Shown here one piece after another: positions 1-10,634 of a stretch of 64,000 bases of DNA. The DNA comes from Patescibacteria group bacterium. Lineage in GTDB: Bacteria; Patescibacteriota; JABMPQ01; JAHIRA01. The notes beneath the pieces were generated by a model, which did no database searches, was not told where the DNA came from, and was given only the letters and a program-made list of their open reading frames with translations. Both the position numbers and the translations under genes were made by a program. The first letter of the stretch is position 1, and every line of letters begins with the position of its first letter. The stretch spans positions 173,428-237,427 of the forward strand of contig JAHISJ010000023.1 in assembly GCA_018818205.1 (NCBI GenBank), written 5' to 3'.

Positions 1-247
1 TGGATCAAGTACGATTTCGGAGCTAACTGAGCTTAGAGAACTGGCCGGAGAAGATTTTGTTATCTATACACCTGGAGTAAAACTTGCTGCCGGCGGTGAT
101 GATTTAGGACAAAAATATTCTACGCCACAAGACGTCGTAGCAGCAGGAAGTGACGTGATTATTGTTGGAAGAGGTATCTATCAAGCTGAAGATCCCTTGG
201 TTGAGGCAGAAAAATATCGTGAGGCTGGCTGGGATGCAATAGAGTAG
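1..247 (+). CDS. pyrF: Orotidine-5'-phosphate decarboxylase, C-terminal fragment (5' end lies outside the window)
   Basis: Frame 2 reads ...[61 protein letters not shown]. It aligns block-for-block with the C-terminus of URA3-type OMP decarboxylases (GSDIIIVGRGLF ... ERYRKAGWEAY). Stop TAG at 245-247. Confidence 0.8.
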   Translation, partial: GSSTISELTELRELAGEDFVIYTPGVKLAAGGDDLGQKYSTPQDVVAAGSDVIIVGRGIYQAEDPLVEAEKYREAGWDAIE

Positions 248-358
248 TTGCATATTTCTACGAGATCGTATATACTACTGGTGTAAGCTAATATACACCA
301 AAACAAGACACACCGTAGAAAAAAACGATGTCGGTATAAAAAACTTCACTCGTACGTG

Positions 359-385
359 AAAGGCCCTAACTCTAGGGGCCTTTTT
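359..385 (+). terminator. Rho-independent terminator downstream of pyrF
   Basis: An 8-bp stem aaaggccc / gggccttt with a 9-nt loop, followed by a T-run. It explains the spurious 356..550 ORF in the track. Confidence 0.5.
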
Positions 386-599
386 AAGTTGCAAAGGGTG
401 GTGAGCACCCTGTGCGATGCAACGGCGTTAGCCCTACTATTACTGCTTATTTTTGGGATATTTGAGCAGAATGTACATATCTTTGAGTTTTCTATACTAC
501 TTTCTGAATTTACAAAAAGAGTTAGCTTTTTTCTAATAAAACGACTATAATGGTTAGTAATATAATCAAATAGGATATGTTTTTAAGCATCACAAAAAG

Positions 600-1328
600 A
601 TGAACTCAATTTCAACACTGTACAAAAAAGCATTTAGCCTCTTTACAGAAGGCCTTGCCACGTTCTTTATTATCAGCCTTATAATGATGGCTGTACTGTT
701 TGCGGTCATTTTTGTTGGCATATTTATTGTAGTTTTTGCAGCAGTCCTTGTACCAATTCTTGCAGAGCTCACAAAAGAGGTAAGTTCTTCATTGTTTACC
801 ATTGTTCTTATTCTTGGAATTACTGTTGCGGTGCTGCTTGGTCTAGTTGTTATCGCTGTTAGCCTCATGGTTGGTGCACTTGGCCAAGGAGCCATGGTAC
901 TTGCAGCAGACGATGTACATAAAAAGAAAGAATTAAAAAAGGCATCAGAGTATTATAAACGTGTCTCTCTAAGAAAATGGGAACTATTTGGATTGACGGT
1001 GCTTCAAGGAATATGTGTGTCCGTTGGACTTCTTTTCTTCATCATCCCAGGACTTCTTCTTGCCGTGTTCTTCTTGTTTACGTACTACTCAATGCTTCTT
1101 AAAAAGATGTCGATACGTAATTCTATGGCAGATAGCTTTAGTATAGTACGAGACAATTTTTGGGGAGTCCTTGGACGATTTTTGCTGCTTATGCTTGCTC
1201 TCCAGTTCTTTGGTGCAGCAGTCGGCTGGATTCCTTTGGCCAATATTGCAGTATCAATTCTTGGATCAGCATTTGCGGTATCTTATTATTACATCATGTT
1301 TATTAGTGTCAGCAAAAAAACTACATAA
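600..1328 (+). CDS. Hypothetical polytopic membrane protein
   Basis: A 242-aa ORF with several long hydrophobic segments. No recognisable catalytic motif. Confidence 0.45.
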   Translation: MNSISTLYKKAFSLFTEGLATFFIISLIMMAVLFAVIFVGIFIVVFAAVLVPILAELTKEVSSSLFTIVLILGITVAVLLGLVVIAVSLMVGALGQGAMVLAADDVHKKKELKKASEYYKRVSLRKWELFGLTVLQGICVSVGLLFFIIPGLLLAVFFLFTYYSMLLKKMSIRNSMADSFSIVRDNFWGVLGRFLLLMLALQFFGAAVGWIPLANIAVSILGSAFAVSYYYIMFISVSKKTT

Positions 1329-1346
1329 GCAGCTAACTTTTAGCGT

Positions 1347-1916
1347 ATGATTTTTTCAGATAGAGACATAAAAAAGTATTTAAAATCAGGGAGAATAACG
1401 GTTGATCCCTTAGTGAAAGAAGCTATTCAGCCAGCGTCGGTTGACTTAAGGCTTGATAGTGAGTTTATGATATTTAAGCATACTTCGCATGCATATATTG
1501 ATGTCGCAGAACCTGTTGATGAACTCATGAAGAAAATTAGTATTTCAGGTAGAGAGCCATTTGTACTTCACCCGGGAGAGTTTGCACTTGGTCTAACCTT
1601 TGAAACAGTTGGTGTTGATGATGAGACTGTAGCGAGGCTCGAGGGGAAGAGTTCTCTTGGAAGACTTGGAGTAATTGTTCACGCCACTGCGGGATTTATT
1701 GATCCGGGCAACTGTCTTAAAATTACTCTTGAACTTCATAACGTTGGAAACTTACCGGTAATTTTAAGATATAAGATGCCCATTGCTCAAGTCGCATTTC
1801 AGCCACTAAGCTCAAAAGCAGAGAGACCTTACGGATCCAAGAAGCTAAAGTCAAAGTACTATAAGTCAAAAGGTATCGTAATGAGCCAGATGCATAAGAA
1901 TTTCAAGAAGAAGTAA
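1347..1916 (+). CDS. dcd: dCTP deaminase (dUTPase-fold)
   Basis: N-terminus MIFSDRDIKKYL...PASVDLRL matches the canonical dCTP deaminase start (MxLSDRDI..., PASVDLRLG). Length 189 aa is typical. Confidence 0.85.
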   Translation: MIFSDRDIKKYLKSGRITVDPLVKEAIQPASVDLRLDSEFMIFKHTSHAYIDVAEPVDELMKKISISGREPFVLHPGEFALGLTFETVGVDDETVARLEGKSSLGRLGVIVHATAGFIDPGNCLKITLELHNVGNLPVILRYKMPIAQVAFQPLSSKAERPYGSKKLKSKYYKSKGIVMSQMHKNFKKK

Positions 1917-1953
1917 CGTAAAACAAAAACAAAAAATGTATTGAGTAAAAGAC

Positions 1954-3114
1954 TTGTTCAAACCAGTTGATTTTTTATGTTTCGCAAGTATAATACAGGT
2001 AATGAATTATCACGAATGTACGACAAAGCAGGTACTCGAGGAGTATCCTCATATTGATGGCGGGTGGACGTGGGCTAAATATGCTGCTAAGCCATATATA
2101 GGTTGTGAACTTGCCTGTAATTATTGTTATGAATGGAAATGGTTAAAGTCAAAAGATAGTGAGGAGAAAAAACCTGAACCAGTTAAGATTCTTATAAATG
2201 CTCCTCAAGTGCTTACAAAGGAGTTGAAAGATAAGGAAAAGGACATAGTAGATATTGGAAGCTGGCAACCGGCCGAGAAAAAATACAGACTTTCTAGAGA
2301 GCTTTTGAAGGTTTGTGCGTCTAATCAGTTCCCTGTGTTTGTTCAGGAGAAGTCTGAGTTTGTACTCCAAGACCTTGATGTAATCGCTCACATTCAAAAA
2401 GAAACCGCAGCCACTGTTGCTTTCAGCATGGTTACCTCGTCTCTGTTTTCTGGATTTCGCCAGATAGGATTTTTTGAAGGTAATACTATGAACGTAGAAA
2501 AGAGACTCAGGGCGATGGAAATCTTCGCGTCAAAAGGAATAACCACTGGGACAATGCTTTTACCAATTATTCCATTTATTTTTGATAATGAAGAAAACAT
2601 TGAGGCAGTGTGTAGGGCAACACGAAACGCTGGAGGAAGTTTTATTGTTGCAAGCTTCTTAACGTTAGAGCATGAGCAAAAAGACCGTTTTTATAACATT
2701 CTAAGAAAAAACTTTCCTGACGTGCTCGATAATTACATCCATCTCTACGGAGACAAGATCAGTCCTAAGATTTCTTACATGGAAGAAACGTATAGCATGG
2801 TAAATGGGTATGCAAGTAAATATGGTCTTGCAACTCATATGCCCAGATATATTACTCCTGATAGTTTTGAATCAAATAAACGGGTTTCCGAGTATTTGTA
2901 TAACAGATCAGTCAGTCGTGCATATAAAAAACGAGGGAGGCAGCTTGCGATGGGATATAGGAAAGCAGCTCAAACTGTTGATGCACTGAGCTACGATATT
3001 TGTGATGTATTTGATACCATGGGAACCAAAGGGCTTCTTAAAATTCCAGGAATAAATGCAAAAATAGCAGAAAAGATACAAAAGATTTTAGTGAGTATAG
3101 AAAAACAGCAATGA
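1954..3114 (+). CDS. Radical SAM protein, SplB/DNA-repair-photolyase-like (COG1533-type)
   Basis: CxxxCxxC cluster in PYIGCELACNYCYEW near the N-terminus. The ~340-390 aa size is typical of this family. The track start is TTG at 1954; an alternative ATG lies at 2002. Confidence 0.65.
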   Translation: MFKPVDFLCFASIIQVMNYHECTTKQVLEEYPHIDGGWTWAKYAAKPYIGCELACNYCYEWKWLKSKDSEEKKPEPVKILINAPQVLTKELKDKEKDIVDIGSWQPAEKKYRLSRELLKVCASNQFPVFVQEKSEFVLQDLDVIAHIQKETAATVAFSMVTSSLFSGFRQIGFFEGNTMNVEKRLRAMEIFASKGITTGTMLLPIIPFIFDNEENIEAVCRATRNAGGSFIVASFLTLEHEQKDRFYNILRKNFPDVLDNYIHLYGDKISPKISYMEETYSMVNGYASKYGLATHMPRYITPDSFESNKRVSEYLYNRSVSRAYKKRGRQLAMGYRKAAQTVDALSYDICDVFDTMGTKGLLKIPGINAKIAEKIQKILVSIEKQQ

Positions 3115-4310
3115 TACTGGCACATGGGCCGGGAAGTTTTATCACCACCTATCTTACCCGAGGTTGGTGGGGGAAAAAGCTTTCACAAAAGAAAAAGTAT
3201 GTATTTTATTTGATAGGCGGCCTAATAGGAGTCGCAGTTGACCTTGATTTTTTGTACACGCAATTTTTAAGTGCAAAACTTTCACATCATGACTATATTA
3301 CCCATACTCCGCTTTTCTTTTTGATACTTTTTTTATTGATGACGCTTATAGGGTATGCGACAAAAAAAGAGGAAATCAGTGCGTTTGCTAAGGTTTTTTT
3401 GGTAAGTACGTTTACCCATCTTGTCCTTGACTCAGTGAATGGCGGAATCATGTGGCTGTATCCACTTTCAAAACAGCTCATTGGAATTCCATCTATTCCT
3501 TTTATTACTGATAGCTTTTTTACCAGAGATGCACTATTTATTCGCATATCTATTGAGATTGTCATTATTTGGTTTGCTTTTGTGCTTCTACTCACACTTT
3601 TTAAAGAGAAAACAAAGAAAAAATATTTACTGCCTCTTGCCATTCTATCTGCATTACTATGTTTGTTGTGTATAGGTGGACTGTATCTTCATACGCAAAA
3701 AACCTATAGAATCGGCGGAAATCAAGCACTCAACGATGATGATTTGGATAGCATTGCAAATAGAACTGATTTTGATATGGATGGAGATGGTATTGATAAT
3801 CTATTTGACGCTGATGCAAACAATAATGGAAATCTAAACAAAGATGACATGGTGTTTGCGTTGCCTTTTATGAAAGGTGTTCGGTATGACTTCACCAATG
3901 GACAGTATTATGAGATCACTAAGCGTGCTGGATACTTTAATAAAAAGGATGTCGTTGATAGAGCCCTTGGACATGCAGGTATTTTCTTAAGACATGAGAT
4001 GGTGAGAGATTTTGAAGATAATCCTAGCGGGTACATTGGAGATGCGAGTGATCCAGGGTTTACTGCGAATATACAAAATATTTACGTCTTTTTTGAGCAT
4101 GCGGGACTTCTGGTTGATGATGCGTATAAACCGGGTGACATTCTGTTCTTTGGTGAAGGGTTTACAAGCACTGGTGTGGTTTATTCTGCGGAGGGGAGCT
4201 CAGTTATTGTGATGTATCTAGATGATAAACGTGACGGTGGATTCTATGAGCTAAGTGATATTCTTGAGTGGAATGGAAACGTATCTGGGCATGCGCGGGT
4301 ACCTATGTAA
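3111..4310 (+). CDS. Hypothetical membrane protein with Asp-rich calcium-binding-like repeat
   Basis: The N-terminal half is hydrophobic (multiple TM segments). The central part DDDLDSIANRTDFDMDGDGIDNLFDADANNNGNLNKDD resembles thrombospondin-type-3/EF-like Ca-binding repeats. It overlaps the preceding gene by 4 nt. Confidence 0.45.
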   Translation: MILAHGPGSFITTYLTRGWWGKKLSQKKKYVFYLIGGLIGVAVDLDFLYTQFLSAKLSHHDYITHTPLFFLILFLLMTLIGYATKKEEISAFAKVFLVSTFTHLVLDSVNGGIMWLYPLSKQLIGIPSIPFITDSFFTRDALFIRISIEIVIIWFAFVLLLTLFKEKTKKKYLLPLAILSALLCLLCIGGLYLHTQKTYRIGGNQALNDDDLDSIANRTDFDMDGDGIDNLFDADANNNGNLNKDDMVFALPFMKGVRYDFTNGQYYEITKRAGYFNKKDVVDRALGHAGIFLRHEMVRDFEDNPSGYIGDASDPGFTANIQNIYVFFEHAGLLVDDAYKPGDILFFGEGFTSTGVVYSAEGSSVIVMYLDDKRDGGFYELSDILEWNGNVSGHARVPM

Positions 4311-4463
4311 GCTCATGGATCTGTCATCCCGGATCCCTTGCTTACACGATGAGCCACGAGATCTCGGATATCCACCAAAGAAGCGTATTCTGGAATGACA
4401 TTTGTCCTAAGTATACAAATCTCCATTTTCTTGCTATACTACTTGTAGTAACATGTGTATATT

Positions 4464-5538
4464 ATGAAAGAAAAGCTTACAGCGTTAGAACAAGATATCA
4501 AAACTGTAACGCACTATCTTTGACCTCAGTAAAAAGAAAGAGGAGATTTTGGCGTTAGACGAAAAATCATTCAAAGAGACGTTTTGGGATGATCCAAATA
4601 GTGCAAAAGAAATACTAAGAAAGGCAGAAGAGCTAAAGCAGATCGTGGCGTTTTGGGATAACTTACAAAGAGAAGTACATGATTTAGTTGAGCTTGAAAG
4701 TTCCGATGATGCAAAGGAACTGCAAAGTGAAATAGAAGAGCACTATACCGTTCTCAAAAAAAGTTTCTCAAAAAATCGTATTCAAGCTCTCATGCAAGGC
4801 ACATATGATGATAGAGATGCATTGCTCTCTATACAAGCAGGAACAGGAGGTGTGGATGCTCAGGATTTTGCCGAAATGCTCGAGAGAATGTATCTGAGGT
4901 TTTTTGAAAAAAGGGGGTTTAAAGTTCAGATTATCGAGAGAAATGTAGGGTCAGAGGCAGGTATTAAAAAAGTGGTTATGAGTGTGAAAGGGCTTTATGC
5001 GTATGGCTATTTAAAGGTTGAAGGCGGGGTACACAGGCTTGTTAGACAGTCTCCGTTTAATGCGGACCATCTCAGACAAACGTCCTTTGCACTAGTGGAA
5101 GTTATTCCAGAAATTGCAGAAACTAAAGAGATAGAAGTAACTGATGATGAGCTTAGAATAGACACATTTAGAGCGCAGGGTCATGGCGGTCAAGGCGTAA
5201 ATACAACCGATTCTGCGGTACGGATTACACATATTCCAACCAACATCGTAGTGACGTGTCAAAACGAGCGTTCGCAACTCCAAAACAAGCAAACGGCCAT
5301 GAATGTCATGAAATCACGCATACTCGAACACAAGAGAAGAGAAGAGAAGAAAAGAAGAGAGCAGATAAAAGGAGAGTCAAAGGATGTCACTTTTGGGAAT
5401 CAGATACGATCCTACGTGTTGCATCCCTATAAACTCGTCAAGGATCATCGGACTAAGTATGAAGAAAAGAACGTAGTAGCAGTTCTGGATGGTGGAATAG
5501 ATGGATTTATTAAATCAAACTTGGAAGCAAAAAAATAG
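4464..5538 (+). CDS. prfB: Peptide chain release factor 2, with programmed +1 ribosomal frameshift at 4518-4524
   Basis: ORF0 MKEKLTALEQDIKTVTHYL stops at TGA 4521-4523 within the motif TAT CTT TGA C. Reading +1 from GAC (4522) gives DLSKKKEEILALDEKSFKETFWDDPN... and continues as the track ORF 4549..5538. GGQ motif (RAQGHGGQGVNTTDSAVRITHIPT) and the SPF tripeptide (SPFNADH) are present. Confidence 0.9.
4516..4524 (+). promoter_or_regulatory. RF2 autoregulatory +1 frameshift site (UAU CUU UGA C)
   Basis: The slippery CUU followed by in-frame UGA and C is identical to the E. coli prfB site. No strong AGGGGG Shine-Dalgarno-like element is visible immediately upstream (the sequence is aacgcac). 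Confidence 0.8.
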
Positions 5539-6231
5539 ATGCCAGAGTCAATAATTAGGCTTAGAGACATTTCTAAAGTATACGAAGAAGACATCGCAGC
5601 ACTCTGCGATGTGAGTTTAGATGTGATGGAAAAAGACTTTGTGTCTATTGTGGGCAGAAGCGGATCAGGAAAAACAACGCTCATTAAGCTTTTAATCGGT
5701 GAAGAAAAGCCAACTGCAGGTGAAATCGTGATAAACGGTTGGGATTTATGTAACATTAAGTCACGAAAAATTCCTTACTTTAGGCGAGAAATCGGTGTTG
5801 TATTCCAAGATTTTAAACTACTCCAACAGAAAACCGTTGCAGAGAATATTGCTTTTGCGCTTATTGTACTTGGAACTCCAAGACAAGAAATTCATAAACG
5901 AGTGCCCGGAGTGCTTAGTCTTGTAGGCCTTTCAGGGAAGGGAACTCGGTTCCCAAATGAACTCTCCGGTGGTGAGCAGCAACGTGTTGCTATCGCACGA
6001 GCGTTTGTACACGAGCCAAAACTGTTATTAGCCGATGAGCTTACAGGGGACTTAGACGCCATTTACGCGTGGGAAATTATGGAGATACTTCTTAAAATTA
6101 ATAAGATGGGAACGACGGTACTTATTGCAACACACGACAAATCGATTGTTAATAGACTACAAAAACGAGTGGTTACTCTAGAAGACGGCACAATTATTAG
6201 AGACCATAAAAAGGGAAGGTACGTAATATAA
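5539..6231 (+). CDS. ftsE: Cell-division ABC transporter ATP-binding protein FtsE
   Basis: Walker [18 protein letters not shown] signature [14 protein letters not shown], Walker B LLLADE. The start abuts the prfB stop. Confidence 0.9.
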   Translation: MPESIIRLRDISKVYEEDIAALCDVSLDVMEKDFVSIVGRSGSGKTTLIKLLIGEEKPTAGEIVINGWDLCNIKSRKIPYFRREIGVVFQDFKLLQQKTVAENIAFALIVLGTPRQEIHKRVPGVLSLVGLSGKGTRFPNELSGGEQQRVAIARAFVHEPKLLLADELTGDLDAIYAWEIMEILLKINKMGTTVLIATHDKSIVNRLQKRVVTLEDGTIIRDHKKGRYVI

Positions 6232-7145
6232 TGCTGTGGCTTTCAGCAATTCGTGTGCTTAAAATGGGCCTAAAGAATTTCTGGCGAAACTTTTGGATTT
6301 CTTTTGCAACTACAGGAATTATGGCCTTAACTATTTTTTCTGTCGTAGTGCTTATTATTTTAAATTTTATTGGCGACTCAGCACTGAGGTCTCTTGAGCA
6401 AAAAATTGATGTAAGTGTTTATTTTAAATCTGATGTAAGCAATGAGCAAGTACAGCCAATAAGAGAACATTTAGACACAATTCCTGAAGTAAAAGAAACA
6501 AGGTACGTTACCAAGAAAGAAGCGCTTGAGGAGTTCCAGCGTAAACATAGTGATAATCCACTGATTATTGCGTCACTTTCTGAGCTTGAAGAAAATCCGC
6601 TGCAACCAACGCTCGTTATTAAGGCACGGAGTCCAGAGGATTTCTCGGCAATTTCTTCAGTACTTAAAGACGATCAGTATGAGGGGATCATCGAGAAGTT
6701 CAATTATGAAGACAATCAGATAATTATTGAAAAACTCAATCAAACTATTGCGTTAATTGAAAAAATTGGCATAGGTGTCAGTATTACGTTTGCGATTATT
6801 TCAGTGCTTGTTATGTTTAATACTATCCGACTAACCATATACACTCAAAAGGACGAGATTGGTGTCATGAGACTGGTAGGAGCAAGTAATACCTTTATTA
6901 CTGCACCATATATTATTGAGGGTGTTTTGTACGGATTTTTTGCAACAATATTTAGTACGGTTACTCTCTATATTCTTGTTAAGTACTTGGCGCCGGCGAT
7001 TAATACTTTCCTAGAGCACCAAGTCGATGTGTATGCATTTTTTATGGATCACTTGTTTCTTATAGTAATTGGCGAACTTGTTTTTGGTGCAGCACTTGGC
7101 ATTGCGAGTTCGATGATTGCGATAAGGAAGTATTTGAAGATTTAG
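6231..7145 (+). CDS. ftsX: Cell-division permease FtsX
   Basis: It overlaps the ftsE stop by 1 nt. An N-terminal TM helix, then a large extracytoplasmic domain, then three C-terminal TM helices. The ftsEX gene order is conserved. Confidence 0.85.
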   Translation: MLWLSAIRVLKMGLKNFWRNFWISFATTGIMALTIFSVVVLIILNFIGDSALRSLEQKIDVSVYFKSDVSNEQVQPIREHLDTIPEVKETRYVTKKEALEEFQRKHSDNPLIIASLSELEENPLQPTLVIKARSPEDFSAISSVLKDDQYEGIIEKFNYEDNQIIIEKLNQTIALIEKIGIGVSITFAIISVLVMFNTIRLTIYTQKDEIGVMRLVGASNTFITAPYIIEGVLYGFFATIFSTVTLYILVKYLAPAINTFLEHQVDVYAFFMDHLFLIVIGELVFGAALGIASSMIAIRKYLKI

Positions 7146-7189
7146 AATTGACTTATAGATAGAACAATGATAGTCTCAAAGGCTGTTTT

Positions 7190-7744
7190 TTGTTCTCTTT
7201 TTTCTCTAGTTTGCAGGAGGAAATGATGCAAACATGGCGTGATGCCGAAGAACTTATTGTTGTCCATGCGGACATTATCCCTATTAGTGAAGAATTAGAA
7301 AAGCTTGTTGAGCTTATGAGTGGAGATGATTTTCATGACCGCATGTGCGGACTTGAAGGACATCCACTTAATTATAGTGGCTATTTGCAAATTGCTAATA
7401 ACGAATTTTTTGTTTCTGTGTGGAATCCGCATATTCACCCTAGAGATCGTGCATCACTTAAACTTCACCCCAAAGGAGCTTCGTTAAATGACCTTATGCG
7501 ACCCGATCTTGAAAAGAATGGCTATACACTGTCATTCTTCACTTTTGTCTTTGTTGACAGGGTTATGTGTATTGTTGGATATTGCAAAGAGGGTCCCTGG
7601 GAACACATTCCCACAGGTCAAGTTGAATTTGACCCACGGATTTCAGTTGGTATGTCAAAGCAAGAACACTTGCAGAAAACATTTGAAATCCTTTCGTTTC
7701 AGGGGAAAACATTTCCTTGGAGCCTTACTTACTCTCGTAGGTAA
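7190..7744 (+). CDS. Hypothetical protein
   Basis: A 184-aa ORF with no recognisable motif. Coding potential is assessed only from ORF length and context. Confidence 0.35.
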   Translation: MFSFFSSLQEEMMQTWRDAEELIVVHADIIPISEELEKLVELMSGDDFHDRMCGLEGHPLNYSGYLQIANNEFFVSVWNPHIHPRDRASLKLHPKGASLNDLMRPDLEKNGYTLSFFTFVFVDRVMCIVGYCKEGPWEHIPTGQVEFDPRISVGMSKQEHLQKTFEILSFQGKTFPWSLTYSRR

Positions 7745-7853
7745 ACAGATTTTTTTATGAAAATTATTACAGCCCAATAAGCACGTTGCTTGTGGGCTTT
7801 TTTGTTTGTATTGAAAATAATTTTGAATATGATATTATAATCACCACTACTGT

Positions 7854-7927
7854 TCGGGACTCGTCTAACGGTAGGACGCAAGATTCTGGCTCTTGTAATC
7901 GGGGTTCGATTCCCTGGTCCCGAACCA
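7854..7927 (+). tRNA. tRNA-Gln (anticodon CUG)
   Basis: Cloverleaf: acceptor tcgggac / gtcccga with U1:A72, a D-arm with GG, anticodon stem caaga / tcttg with loop ttCTGgc, T-arm cgggg-ttcgatt-ccctg, discriminator A, and an encoded CCA. Confidence 0.8.
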
Positions 7928-7956
7928 TGCTATTCTATTCAAAAAATAAGTCGATA

Positions 7957-7981
7957 AACAGGCATTGTGCTTGTTTTTTTC
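7957..7981 (+). terminator. Putative Rho-independent terminator after tRNA-Gln
   Basis: Stem acaggca / tgcttgt (one G:U pair) followed by a T7 run. Confidence 0.4.
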
Positions 7982-8136
7982 TACAAAAAAATACAGAATG
8001 TCGTAGACGTCTGGAATGAATAGAGTGATTGCTCAAACTGAATGTACAAAAAAAGATCGAGGCGTAGTATCAATTTATTTTTGCATTTATTGTTGATTTA
8101 ACTCACAATACATATATAAATAATAACTATATACAG

Positions 8137-8955
8137 ATGTACGTTATTCAAAACGGTAAACTCATCCAAAAAGAAGAAGCGTCAATCCCACTATATTCCA
8201 AGGCAAATTTCTTTGATTTTGCAGTGTATGACTCAATAAAGGTGGTGCAAGGAAAACCTTTTTTCCCTGAATTTCATGTAGATAGGCTTTTGGAATCTGC
8301 ACGTATTATTGATCTTGAACATCCATTCACAAAAAAAGAAATTGCAATATGGATACAGTTACTGATTGATAAAAATAAACTCAAGGATTCACTCATTCGG
8401 TTTTTGTTAATTGGAGCAGGGGATGAGCAAGAAGAGCCCACTCTTTTTATGTTTCCCGTTGGACTAACGTTTTATGATAGAAAATGGTATAAAAAAGGTG
8501 TAAAAGTCATTACGTATCATGGGGAAAGAATCGTACCGGACTCAAAAGCAAAGGATCTTCTTCTAAACTTTATTGCTTTAAGAGAAGCAAAGAAAAATGA
8601 TGCTATAGAAGCGTTACTTATAGATACGGATGGAAACATACGAGAGGGGACCAGGTCAAACTTTTTTGCAGTAAAGGGTAGCGTTCTTTATACCCCGCCG
8701 CTCACCGATGTACTAGAGGGGGTTACCCGAAAAATAGTAGTAGATAGTGCCAAAAAAGAAACTATTGAAGTGAAAGAAGAAAAAATACCATACGAGAAAC
8801 TAGATGAATTTGATGAATTTTTTGTCACGAGTACCAGTATGAACATTATGCCTATTGTAGAGATTGATGATAGAATCGTTGCCAGTGAGGTAGGACCAAT
8901 AACAAAAAGTCTTATTAAGTCGTTCAAGGAGTTCTGTAAATCTGAAGGAGGGTAG
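8137..8955 (+). CDS. Class IV (branched-chain / D-amino-acid) aminotransferase family protein
   Basis: 272 aa. The N-terminal pattern NGKLIQKEEASIPLYSKANFFDFAVYDSIKV and the overall length fit the fold-type IV PLP aminotransferases (IlvE/Dat/PabC). Confidence 0.7.
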   Translation: MYVIQNGKLIQKEEASIPLYSKANFFDFAVYDSIKVVQGKPFFPEFHVDRLLESARIIDLEHPFTKKEIAIWIQLLIDKNKLKDSLIRFLLIGAGDEQEEPTLFMFPVGLTFYDRKWYKKGVKVITYHGERIVPDSKAKDLLLNFIALREAKKNDAIEALLIDTDGNIREGTRSNFFAVKGSVLYTPPLTDVLEGVTRKIVVDSAKKETIEVKEEKIPYEKLDEFDEFFVTSTSMNIMPIVEIDDRIVASEVGPITKSLIKSFKEFCKSEGG

Positions 8956-9005
8956 TCCTTTTTCTATCAAAGTTCATATGGTATACTTTAGGTACAAATA
9001 TACAT

Positions 9006-9392
9006 ATGAACTCAGAAATACAGAAAGAATCAAGAAAAATCGAGTGGCGACAAATGATGATAGCGCAGTATGGAACTTTTGGTACTGTCGCTGGTGTTAT
9101 GATTGCCGCGCTGACGATTTATGCAAGCCTTGAAACAAAAAAAGACAAAGTATTAATTGGTAGTTTTTACCTCGAAGACTTACTTTTTATTGTATCGCTT
9201 GGATGTCTTGTAGTTTCGATTATTTTGATCCTTATGCTGATCAATCGTGAACGAGATTTGGCTTGGGGAACAAAGGATGCCAAACTCGAGGAGTTCAAAA
9301 AGAAGGAACCAAGATATCGTACATGGCTTATAGGTCTTATGTCTTTTGGGTTAATTACAATCTTTTTTCTGCTTACTGTTCATGTTTTATAA
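9006..9392 (+). CDS. Small membrane protein (3 predicted TM)
   Basis: Hydrophobic helices at residues ~25-45, 55-80 and 105-125. Confidence 0.4.
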   Translation: MNSEIQKESRKIEWRQMMIAQYGTFGTVAGVMIAALTIYASLETKKDKVLIGSFYLEDLLFIVSLGCLVVSIILILMLINRERDLAWGTKDAKLEEFKKKEPRYRTWLIGLMSFGLITIFFLLTVHVL

Positions 9393-9519
9393 TGTATGAA
9401 ACTAGTCTTTTCTACGCTAGGTTTGTAACCAGAAAGTACAGCACTTGATGTGAATGAGGCTGTGAAAAAACATATTATTGTGAAGCTCAATACATAGATA
9501 CTTATACAAGGGAATAGGC

Positions 9520-10551
9520 ATGCAGAGTCCAGGCACAAAAAATATTTCAAAGAAACCAAAAAGTGGCTTCTTAAGACTGTTCTTTTTAGATCAAAAACAC
9601 TTCTCAAAGACAAAGGAACTTATTTTAGACAATGCAAAGGCAGACTTTGATTATATTATTCGCATAGTATTTGCTGTAATAGTGATAAGCCTGGGCATGC
9701 TTATTGATTCCACTGCAGTGGTCATTGGCGGCATGCTCATTGCACCACTGTTTTGGCCAATCTTTGGATTTGCTATTGGAATTGTTGAAGGAAAATCAAA
9801 AGTTGTAACAAAATCTTTTTTTACCTTGCTTAAAAGTTTGCTGATTGTTGTAGGCATAGCAATTGTCATAGGGCTTATTGCTCCTGCACATATTTTAGAA
9901 AGCCAAGAATTTGTTTCTCAAACGACACCAACACTCTTTGATTTACTGATTGGGCTTGCTTCAGGCTTTCTTGGTGCTTTTATTGTGTCTCATCCAAAAA
10001 TATCATCGAGCTTCGCGGGAGTTGTGATTGCCGCTGCCATTGTTCCTCCTTTGGCAGCTGTAGGGATTGCACTTGCTAAAGGTGATATAGATTCTTTTGG
10101 TAAAGCACTCCTTCTTTCTTTAGCAAGTCTCATAGCTATAACTTTTTCTGCTTCTGTGCTCTTTTACATTTCTCACGTAAAAACAAAAGGGTTTAAGCAG
10201 ATCTTTAAAACATACAAAGCAAGCATTGTATGGTTTGCAGTACTACTTATTATTGTCATTATTCCACTTATTCTCTTTACGAATCAGATTATTAAACATA
10301 CACGACAAGAAAGAGTAATTACAGAGGTTGTCACGAGCAAATTAGTGGACACTACTCTTGATACTGTCGTTCTCACAGAGCGGAATGACATCTTAACGGT
10401 CAAGGTAACAGTGCATAGTAAAGATGAAATAACGGACAGTGAGATTCAGGATATTGCACACGCATTATCAAAAGAATTGGAAGAATCTATTGTTTTGCAT
10501 GTAAACACTATTCCAGTAATCCAAAAAACGGAAGTGGTTAATTATGAGTAG
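9520..10551 (+). CDS. Polytopic membrane protein (DUF389-like)
   Basis: The first ~230 aa are glycine-rich TM segments. A soluble C-terminal domain follows. Confidence 0.5.
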   Translation: MQSPGTKNISKKPKSGFLRLFFLDQKHFSKTKELILDNAKADFDYIIRIVFAVIVISLGMLIDSTAVVIGGMLIAPLFWPIFGFAIGIVEGKSKVVTKSFFTLLKSLLIVVGIAIVIGLIAPAHILESQEFVSQTTPTLFDLLIGLASGFLGAFIVSHPKISSSFAGVVIAAAIVPPLAAVGIALAKGDIDSFGKALLLSLASLIAITFSASVLFYISHVKTKGFKQIFKTYKASIVWFAVLLIIVIIPLILFTNQIIKHTRQERVITEVVTSKLVDTTLDTVVLTERNDILTVKVTVHSKDEITDSEIQDIAHALSKELEESIVLHVNTIPVIQKTEVVNYE

Positions 10552-10634
10552 TCCACAAATCTTTCATTGTTTTACTGAAAGAACTTCGCTAATATGAAAT
10601 GATACCATTTATTTATAACGATTAAGCGAAGAAT

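Noticed and set aside
356-550. Track ORF of 64 aa downstream of pyrF
   Set aside because: Its start coincides with a clean Rho-independent terminator hairpin (359-385) and the rest is AT-rich intergenic sequence. No coding signal.
7786-8019. 77-aa ORF overlapping tRNA-Gln
   Set aside because: It is explained by the tRNA and its terminator. No independent coding evidence.
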